From a virus, in the IMG/VR virus record IMGVR_UViG_3300032770_000004, positions 79,375 to 143,374 of that record: a DNA stretch of 64,000 bases, one strand, 5' to 3'. How positions within the stretch are numbered: position 1 is the first letter of the stretch; every line of letters begins with the position of its first letter. Below the pieces are notes generated by a model that did not search any database, was not told the origin of the DNA, and saw only the letters and a list, made by a program, of their open reading frames with translations. The translations under genes and the position numbers were made by a program. Below, piece after piece: positions 57,443-64,000 of this stretch.

Positions 57443-57712
57443 TTTGTCTGCTGCCCACGCGAGGCCCGCCGTTATCACAGACGGATCGCGCAGCCATGCC
57501 ACCACCCGCGCCCGAAACTCGCGCTCCCGCTCGGCCTTCTCACGCTCGTCGATCAGTTCCTCATTGCGTGCGGCGAGGTCGTGCTCGTTTCGCAGCGCGA
57601 CCTTCAGCTCCCGCTCGGCCCGCTTCCTGGCTGCGCGCTCGGCCGCAAGGGCGCGCACGGTGGCGAGCAACAACTCTTCTTCTGTGTACGGTTTTGGCGC
57701 GTCGTCGCTCAT
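57419..57712 (-). CDS. Coiled-coil hypothetical protein
   Basis: GC-rich ORF, ATGA overlap with the CCA-like gene. Confidence 0.65.
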   Translation of the reverse strand: MSDDAPKPYTEEELLLATVRALAAERAARKRAERELKVALRNEHDLAARNEELIDEREKAEREREFRARVVAWLRDPSVITAGLAWAADKLEQEKAP

Positions 57713-58416
57713 CGATCCTCCAGAGTGGGCTTCAGCCACAGCTTACCCGTAAAGATGGCTTGTTGAAACTCGATGCCCATGTTGTGTAGAAAGTCCAAAG
57801 TACCGATCGTGTCATGGGCCAAGCATCGAGTCAGCTCTTCTTGCTTCCTTTCGACGGAGATCTTGGTCTTCAGATTCTCCAGGACATGAAGATCCCACAT
57901 AGCCAGCTTGGTCTCTGAATGGATGCGGAATCCCTTAGTCAGAGAGAAACGCATCGCACGCATCACCCGCAGCGCATCCTCAGTAAAGCGGTCCAGAGGA
58001 TTCCCGACGCAGCGTAGAACCATGGCCTTCAGATCGGCCATGCCGTTGTGGGGGTCGATGAAGTTTCCATTCGAGTCCTTGGCAATAGCATTGACGGTGA
58101 AGTCACGGCGTGCCAGATCGTCCAGAAGAGTACCAGCCTCGACCTTGTCGGGGTGCCGACCGTCCGTGTAGCCGTATTCCTTGCGACACAGAACGAAATC
58201 AGCTGGTTGGTGACCCTTCAGATGGGCTCGAATGGTGAAGTGCTGAGGAGACTCCAGAAACACCTTGCCGTTGGCCTGTACCCACTCCAGCATGTGGGTG
58301 TAGGAATCGGCCTCGACAGCATAGTCGATATCCTTGGACCTCTTGCCCAGCAGCTCGTCGCGCACGGCGCCGCCAACCATGTAGAGCTTAACTTGCTTAT
58401 CGTGATGGTCGCTCAT
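57709..58416 (-). CDS. CCA-adding/poly(A) polymerase family nucleotidyltransferase (short form)
   Basis: VGGAVRD..DID, DLARRDFTVNA, EDALRVMRAMRF, SVER. Confidence 0.92.
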   Translation of the reverse strand: MSDHHDKQVKLYMVGGAVRDELLGKRSKDIDYAVEADSYTHMLEWVQANGKVFLESPQHFTIRAHLKGHQPADFVLCRKEYGYTDGRHPDKVEAGTLLDDLARRDFTVNAIAKDSNGNFIDPHNGMADLKAMVLRCVGNPLDRFTEDALRVMRAMRFSLTKGFRIHSETKLAMWDLHVLENLKTKISVERKQEELTRCLAHDTIGTLDFLHNMGIEFQQAIFTGKLWLKPTLEDR

Positions 58417-58532
58417 TACATGATCTCCGGATGGGGAATGTTAAAAACGTGACAGGCGACATGCAAACAGGTGCGAATCGCCCAAAGAACTTCCGGAGTG
58501 GTATAGGCGGCAAGTCGCATCAGGGAGTTCAT
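58416..58532 (-). CDS. Small ORF (38 aa), not in track
   Basis: MNSLMRLAAY...; its TAATG stop overlaps the CCA-like gene start. Confidence 0.45.
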   Translation of the reverse strand: MNSLMRLAAYTTPEVLWAIRTCLHVACHVFNIPHPEIM

Positions 58533-58615
58533 ATATCGGGAAAGTATCATGTCGGTAGATTACCTGTCAAGTGGGTCTATACAGATGGGTACTAGTGTAG
58601 TAATCTCAACTACAT

Positions 58616-59092
58616 ATGGACCAAAAAACTTGCAAAAAATGTGGACAACTTAAACCCATTGATCGTTTTTCCACTTTTAAAGGCCGAGATGGAACTATGC
58701 GTCCTCGCGGTACCTGTTGGGATTGTAGAGACAATAAAAATCGATACACAGCCGACATCCTAATTGCTTACAGGAAAAACTACAACCAGAAGAAACGTTC
58801 GCTAAAACGAGAACGAGACGTCCAAAGAAGGCTAGAAGGGAAAAAATATGTAGATCAGCAGAAAGCTAAACCTTGTATGGATTGCGGAGTTCAATGGCCT
58901 CCGGTAGCAATGGATTTCGATCATGTTAGAGGTCACAAATCCAGAAACGTAGCACAAATGGTTTCTGGAGCACTCAAACTGGATCTGATCAAAGAGGAAA
59001 TCGCCAAGTGTGACTTAGTTTGTGCTTGCTGCCATAGACTTCGAACGGCTGCTCGCAAGGAAAATTTGAGTCCTACAGCCAACAGATCTTAA
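58616..59092 (+). CDS. HNH endonuclease
   Basis: KTCKKC, PCMDCG..MDFDH..EIAKCDLVCACCHRLRT; TAATCT upstream. Confidence 0.85.
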   Translation: MDQKTCKKCGQLKPIDRFSTFKGRDGTMRPRGTCWDCRDNKNRYTADILIAYRKNYNQKKRSLKRERDVQRRLEGKKYVDQQKAKPCMDCGVQWPPVAMDFDHVRGHKSRNVAQMVSGALKLDLIKEEIAKCDLVCACCHRLRTAARKENLSPTANRS

Positions 59093-60338
59093 GCTTTTTT
59101 TTGCTTCGAGTTATTGCCGTATAGCACCATCTTCTGCCCTCTAAAGAATTCAGTCTGATTGTAGGTTCCATGACCACTAGGACGTTTCCAAATTCAGATC
59201 CCTGGCTCTTGTGGGCCGTAAGAGCGTATCCGAGATTGGCATTCAGGTAGACTGGGCGCTTACCGTCAGTGTCTTCCTTGTCGGGATGACCATACCACGT
59301 ATCAATCAACTTACGAGCGGCCTTCTTGCTCGCATAGACGCTCACGTCACCCATGGTACCAAAAGCCTCCTTGTCGGCGATCAGGACATTCTTTTTACCC
59401 CATGGTGTCATGATCTCGGTAATGTAGTAGTCGATGAACGTGCTTGCGTTGCGATAGCGATCCGTAACAGGATAGGGCAATCGATTGAGCTTGAAGGGCT
59501 TGAGCAACATCGGCATGATTTCGCCGTTGTAGACATCCAGCGCATAGTTGTTCTTGGTTACCAGGAGAGGTTCGTGGAGCTGAGGAACATCAGGAAAGCC
59601 CTTTATCTTGCGGATCCCGTTATTGATTTGGTGGCGAGTAATGTTGCGATGGCTGATGGTGGCACCCTCGTTCTCCCAGACTGTCAACGCCTCGGGATAA
59701 AGTTGGCTCGGTACGACCGTCTCCAGTTCTCCTAGGGCATCTTCAGCAAAGTTCTCGGTACGAACCTTCATACTAACGCGAATGATCGGACTGTCGAGCG
59801 CCTGACGCAAGACCTCAGTGAGTTGTACCTTGAAGTTGGCTGGAAAATCGGGACTGAAGACGCTGAATTTCTGCTTGATGACCTCTGGCTCTACCGGAGG
59901 AAGCTGAAAGCCATCGCCGATCAGCACGATGTTGAGCTGGAGGCGCTTGGCGTAGCTGTATAGGTCGCTGAAGACATCGAAACCGACCATGGAGGCTTCG
60001 TCGATAATCAGAACGCCACTACTGGGGATCTCAACGGTGCCTATCTCACGATGCTTGAAGGTGACGTCTCCAGTCTCTTCGTCTTCCTCGGGCTCATATT
60101 GCCATCTGTGGATGGTTTTAGCTTTTAATCCCGTAGCCTCTCGGACTCTAACGGCCGCTTTGCCAGTAGGCGTAAGAACGAATTGATCGTCCCATTCATC
60201 TCCAAGAATCTTTATGAGGGTGGTCTTACCAGTACCAGCATAGCCGCTTATGACACCAACACCGCCGCCTTCGGGATGTGTTTTCTTAAGATCCCTCACT
60301 GCTTGAATCGCAGCTTCTTGTCCTGCGGTTAATTTCAT
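59073..60338 (-). CDS. RecD/Dda-like SF1B helicase
   Basis: GYAGTGKT, PTGKAA, DEASM, GDGFQLPPV, TAHKSQGSE, YTAITR. Confidence 0.93.
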   Translation of the reverse strand: MKLTAGQEAAIQAVRDLKKTHPEGGGVGVISGYAGTGKTTLIKILGDEWDDQFVLTPTGKAAVRVREATGLKAKTIHRWQYEPEEDEETGDVTFKHREIGTVEIPSSGVLIIDEASMVGFDVFSDLYSYAKRLQLNIVLIGDGFQLPPVEPEVIKQKFSVFSPDFPANFKVQLTEVLRQALDSPIIRVSMKVRTENFAEDALGELETVVPSQLYPEALTVWENEGATISHRNITRHQINNGIRKIKGFPDVPQLHEPLLVTKNNYALDVYNGEIMPMLLKPFKLNRLPYPVTDRYRNASTFIDYYITEIMTPWGKKNVLIADKEAFGTMGDVSVYASKKAARKLIDTWYGHPDKEDTDGKRPVYLNANLGYALTAHKSQGSEFGNVLVVMEPTIRLNSLEGRRWCYTAITRSKKKLKICWL

Positions 60339-60390
60339 TGTGAAGAGCCATGGCGACGCAGATACTCTACGCGAGACTTGTTTGTGTCCA

Positions 60391-61140
60391 TCAAATTTCT
60401 ACCTTGATGCGGTTCCAGAAGTTGGGGTTCGCACCTTCGTTGGGGTAGCCCCCAGGATTGCAATATACGCGGAACCCAAAAACAGACTGATAGTCAAAAG
60501 GATCATGCGTATGCCCGTGGATCCAAAGCCTGGGAAGAGTTCCGGCTTTCTGCCATTCAAGGAGCTTGTCTTTGATATACGCACAAAAGAAAATATTCCC
60601 AGAGCTGTCTTTCCATTTGGCAGCGATAGATTCATCGGTTGGGAAATGGTGGGAGACCACGATGTCGCCTGGGCTTGTTGCCAAAAAGGCTTTATGCTGA
60701 ATGTCAATCTGAGTTTCAGCATCGTGGATCAGACGATAGTCGATGAATGATTTCTTGGCGTATTTGTCACCGCAATCTGGATACCAGAGAGTACCGCCAG
60801 TGAAAGTCAGCCCTTCAAAGGGAATGCGATCTCCAGGTAGAAGAACATTCAGGTTGGGGATCTTGATGCCTGACTTCAAGAAGATGTTGGCGCCAACAAT
60901 GCTTCGATAAAAGTACTCGTGGTTTCCCGGAGTATAAAACACCCAATGGTAGCGATTACAGAATTTTTGTAAGACGTCTATCATCGTAGCTTCGGTCTTG
61001 AGACTTCCGATGTCTCCGGCGAGCACGACAGCTCGGGGCTTGTCAGTCACAATCTGTCGATCAAGCTCTGCCCACCACGCCTGCTTTTGACCGGGTGCCA
61101 TGAACTCGAAATGTAGGTCACTCATTACATGTAGAATCAT
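60391..61140 (-). CDS. Calcineurin-like metallophosphoesterase
   Basis: SDLH, LAGD, GNHE, HH, HGHTH. Confidence 0.92.
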   Translation of the reverse strand: MILHVMSDLHFEFMAPGQKQAWWAELDRQIVTDKPRAVVLAGDIGSLKTEATMIDVLQKFCNRYHWVFYTPGNHEYFYRSIVGANIFLKSGIKIPNLNVLLPGDRIPFEGLTFTGGTLWYPDCGDKYAKKSFIDYRLIHDAETQIDIQHKAFLATSPGDIVVSHHFPTDESIAAKWKDSSGNIFFCAYIKDKLLEWQKAGTLPRLWIHGHTHDPFDYQSVFGFRVYCNPGGYPNEGANPNFWNRIKVEI

Positions 61141-61241
61141 CGGATGTGCCACCAAACGAGAACCCAATAGCATAGGTATCCCAAAAAAGCCATAATCGCT
61201 ACTGACAACAACATCAAGCCAGTTTCTTTGAAGGAATTCAT
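61137..61241 (-). CDS. Small single-TM protein (34 aa), not in track
   Basis: ATGA overlaps at both ends; hydrophobic core. Confidence 0.55.
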   Translation of the reverse strand: MNSFKETGLMLLSVAIMAFLGYLCYWVLVWWHIR

Positions 61242-62320
61242 GGAGTTCCAGGACTACTGCCGATCAGATTGATTGGAAGGTACTTACAGCTGAGCCCGCC
61301 GTCTTCGCCCGAATCGGCATCAATCTCACCAGCATACCACACTTCTTTGATGTTGGTGAAGAGGTGAGTACCCGTAAAGACTACGGTTCCACCGCAAGTG
61401 ATGGTGAGAGTGCCGGTAGGCAGGTCGGTGGATCCAGGCAGGTCGTACCAGTGAACAGCCACATAGTATGGATGGGTATTCACGGGTTGTACAATCTGGG
61501 TAATTTCAGGACCGGTGTCATAAATGTCATCATGGTTCAGGTGCGGATCATTGAAGCCGCCATCATCCCAGGTTGGATTGGACCCGCTGGTGCAATTCGC
61601 ATAGTAGCAATCGTGCGTCCAATCGGTGAACCAGCTGGTATAGGAACCACCGTTGTCAAGCGGGATACCTAGATGTAGGTCGAGATCTTCGTTATAGAGA
61701 TCCCATGTTAGCGTGGCGACAAGATCGCATCCTTCATCGATGATGCCATTACAGTTGTTGTCAATACCATCACAAATTTCGGGCGTTGGAGTCACAGCAC
61801 CTTCGCAATCACCATAGCCGCCGTCTTCGCAAAACTGCGTACCATACCGACAAGCGGTGTTGGGGTGTTCCAAATCTTGTGGATTCCCTGGATAGCAAGG
61901 CTGAGCTGGGATATTCTCGTCGATCAACCCATTGCAATTATCATCCCTGCCGTTACAGACTTCGGGCTGATTGAACTCCTCCGGGTGTGTTTGACAGACT
62001 TCCCAATGGCTGTCTCCGTCGCAGTCCTGCCAAGATTGAAAACCGCACTGATCACGGCACGCACGAGGAGCTGCGTTCCCAACTACGCCGTCACAGTCTA
62101 AATCCTGGTTGCCACAAGTCTCGGTGGTCGGCAAAACAGCGCCAATACAGGCGCTTGCTTCGCAATCGAACCAGCCGGGCTTACAGGCGCCACGTTCTAG
62201 GTTCTCGACGGTGATGTTTGGATCTGGGGAACAGGCCTGTCCACAATAGACATCGGGCCCAAGCTTCGAAGGTCGACAGCTAAAGAGAATCAGCAATAGA
62301 ATGCTAATCCTTTTTACCAT
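61238..62320 (-). CDS. Cys-rich lipoprotein with MopE-type (C-D/N-G-x-D-N-N-C-N-G) repeats and YfaP-like C-terminal domain
   Basis: Lipobox-like ILFSC; EVCNGRDDNCNGLIDE, EICDGIDNNCNGIIDEG; LTWD..DLDLH..GPE. Confidence 0.8.
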   Translation of the reverse strand: MVKRISILLLILFSCRPSKLGPDVYCGQACSPDPNITVENLERGACKPGWFDCEASACIGAVLPTTETCGNQDLDCDGVVGNAAPRACRDQCGFQSWQDCDGDSHWEVCQTHPEEFNQPEVCNGRDDNCNGLIDENIPAQPCYPGNPQDLEHPNTACRYGTQFCEDGGYGDCEGAVTPTPEICDGIDNNCNGIIDEGCDLVATLTWDLYNEDLDLHLGIPLDNGGSYTSWFTDWTHDCYYANCTSGSNPTWDDGGFNDPHLNHDDIYDTGPEITQIVQPVNTHPYYVAVHWYDLPGSTDLPTGTLTITCGGTVVFTGTHLFTNIKEVWYAGEIDADSGEDGGLSCKYLPINLIGSSPGTP

Positions 62321-62615
62321 CGATAGCTCCTTCCAGCGCTCCGGTTCCGACCAGCACCTCGCCCTCTGAATCTAGAATCTTTTCCTCAGTAGCGCAGACC
62401 GAGCAGATGTGGCCGTAGTCTCTTACTTCCCAAGCATCGTGCTCGGCTGCCTCAGCGAAAGTTCCAGGGAAGACTCCACGAATCGCCAAGACCACCTTCT
62501 CGCCGGGCTGAAGCTTCATCCCCAGAGTCTTGACCCAATCTTCGGGGACTTCAAAGGTTTTATTGGGATCCTGGCCAGGATTGCACTTGTCGCAGAATGT
62601 GGTTGTAACTTCCAT
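62304..62615 (-). CDS. Hypothetical Zn-binding protein
   Basis: CDKC and HICSVC. Confidence 0.65.
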   Translation of the reverse strand: MEVTTTFCDKCNPGQDPNKTFEVPEDWVKTLGMKLQPGEKVVLAIRGVFPGTFAEAAEHDAWEVRDYGHICSVCATEEKILDSEGEVLVGTGALEGAIDGKKD

Positions 62616-62911
62616 TAGGCTTTACCTCTGTACCCGCATTCCTTGCATACTAACATATTTCCGAACGGAAGTCGAATGACGCTGACCGAAGTCTGCTTAC
62701 AATCTGGGCATTCCAGTGGGTCTGGACGCTTAGGGAAGCCCTCAAGATCTTCTGCAACCTCAGTTTTATCCAGTATTTTCTGGATGGCCTTCTGGAGGCG
62801 CGATATCTGACGCTTCAGCTGATGATTCTCGCGCTTGGTTTCGGCAAGTAGCTTGTTGCGCTTCTTTTCTTCCTTTTGTTCCCGGTGCTGCGTACTGCGA
62901 TACTTAGGCAT
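62615..62911 (-). CDS. Coiled-coil + Zn-ribbon protein
   Basis: CPDC...CKECG. Confidence 0.7.
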   Translation of the reverse strand: MPKYRSTQHREQKEEKKRNKLLAETKRENHQLKRQISRLQKAIQKILDKTEVAEDLEGFPKRPDPLECPDCKQTSVSVIRLPFGNMLVCKECGYRGKA

Positions 62912-62912
62912 C

Positions 62913-63152
62913 TTACGCTCCTGTTGCATCCATCTCGATGATCCACTTTTCTCCGTCGTGCCACATCTTCATGGATTGGAAAGGGAGATTGCCACAATCC
63001 ATCAATCCTGGGGTTGATGTCAAAGTCTTCAATAGCTCGTACTGTCGCATCCTTGCTCCCATTGTCTTGGGGGTCGAAGGTTCATCCTCGATCCGAACGA
63101 CAAAGCGGCTTTCGGAGTCGTTGATGCGAACTTGCTTGAGCGTTTTGTTCAT
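62913..63152 (-). CDS. Hypothetical protein
   Basis: TAATG-coupled ORF. Confidence 0.65.
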   Translation of the reverse strand: MNKTLKQVRINDSESRFVVRIEDEPSTPKTMGARMRQYELLKTLTSTPGLMDCGNLPFQSMKMWHDGEKWIIEMDATGA

Positions 63153-63346
63153 TAGAACACCAAGTCTTCTGGAATGTCATCGTCTTCGAATTCTTCTTCG
63201 TCGACCTCAATCAGGCCGCGCTCAATAAGCTCGGTGACGACCTCCTGGACGATCTCTTGTCTAACTGGTTTAGTTACTACCTTCGGTGGTAAGTATTCAG
63301 CAAAAACATCTTGGACTGCTTCTTCGAATTCTGCACGTGTTGCCAT
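63152..63346 (-). CDS. Small acidic protein
   Basis: TAATG-coupled; Asp/Glu-rich C-terminus. Confidence 0.65.
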   Translation of the reverse strand: MATRAEFEEAVQDVFAEYLPPKVVTKPVRQEIVQEVVTELIERGLIEVDEEEFEDDDIPEDLVF

Positions 63347-63999
63347 TAAAAACTCCCTGCGTATGCCTCGTTGAAATTTTGCACTGCTTGCTTGATGATG
63401 TCGTTGGATTGACCGGTCGAGATCCGATAGAAATTTGGAGGGCCACCAAACGCAGTGCCATTGACCATCATAACCTTGGAGTCCTTTAGGGCCTTAGCAA
63501 ATTTCTCAAGAGAAACGACTCCGATCCATTGAAACATGCCAACGGTTTTTTGACAGTAACTGCCACGACCAGCGAGCCAAACAATTTCATTCGCGTTGTC
63601 AATATGTTGGGAATGAACTTTCTCGAAGATTTGGTCTCGAATTAGATGGGTGTTACGAAGAGTAGCCGCAACATGGTATTGACTGATGGTAGGTACGCCA
63701 CTGGTAGTCATTTCTACATACCGGCTAGCATGATCAGCCAAGAATTGGTCTTCAGTTACAAGCCAACCTAGACGGACACCGGGCGCTCCGAGCATCTTTC
63801 CAGCACTCCATACTGAAATCTTAGCGGGTACTGGAAGATCCGAGGGCCATCCGTACGCCCTATGTGCATAGGCAGCATCCCAAATGTCAACGGGCTGTGT
63901 GAAGTTCTTGACCAGAAATCGAAGCGACAGTTTGCCATCTGGATTGTTTGGAGAAGTGATTACTTTAATGCTATGATCCCAGAACTTCTTGGGCTTATT
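63346..63999 (-). CDS. PLP-dependent aminotransferase class I/II (partial, runs off window)
   Basis: The frame extends upstream of the track start: ITSPNNPDG, DAAY, SAGK..G.RLGW. Confidence 0.85.
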   Translation of the reverse strand, partial: NKPKKFWDHSIKVITSPNNPDGKLSLRFLVKNFTQPVDIWDAAYAHRAYGWPSDLPVPAKISVWSAGKMLGAPGVRLGWLVTEDQFLADHASRYVEMTTSGVPTISQYHVAATLRNTHLIRDQIFEKVHSQHIDNANEIVWLAGRGSYCQKTVGMFQWIGVVSLEKFAKALKDSKVMMVNGTAFGGPPNFYRISTGQSNDIIKQAVQNFNEAYAGSF

Positions 64000-64000
64000 G

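Noticed and set aside
1-64000. Stop-codon reassignment
   Set aside because: Long genes are intact and densely packed in the standard code; TAA, TGA and TAG all end genes.

Overview
This window is part of a large myovirus-type (contractile-tailed) bacteriophage genome in the standard genetic code. Plus-strand virion genes fall in two blocks. The first (1-13.9 kb) holds a neck gene, a repeat-rich neck/terminator fusion, two putative internal head polyproteins, tail sheath and tail tube. The second (28.1-56 kb) holds tail chaperones, tape measure, hub, spike, LysM/gp25 wedge, a giant baseplate J, a kelch/LamG wedge, a Gly-rich fibre and a GH108 endolysin. Five free-standing HNH/EndoVII genes are interspersed. 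The accessory blocks (14-28 kb, 56-64 kb) are mostly minus-strand. They encode three tandem minimal kinases, holin-like proteins, a lipoprotein ClpP-like protease, GNAT, AAA+, RlaP-like and CCA-like nucleotidyltransferases, RNase H, ParB-like, DUF932-like, Ro60/TROVE, peptide deformylase, RecD/Dda helicase, a metallophosphoesterase, a MopE-repeat lipoprotein and a PLP aminotransferase. The most notable observations: (1) a multi-hairpin RNA with anti-Shine-Dalgarno loops right behind Ro60/TROVE; (2) a HopBF1-like kinase triplet; (3) a putative virion-packaged polyprotein with a SAM-lyase-like domain and two HExxH domains; (4) a WxPDYPD-repeat appendage module fused to a neck protein; (5) a (G)TAATCT late-promoter motif, often apparently leaderless. 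All family assignments are from motif recognition by eye; no database searches were run.
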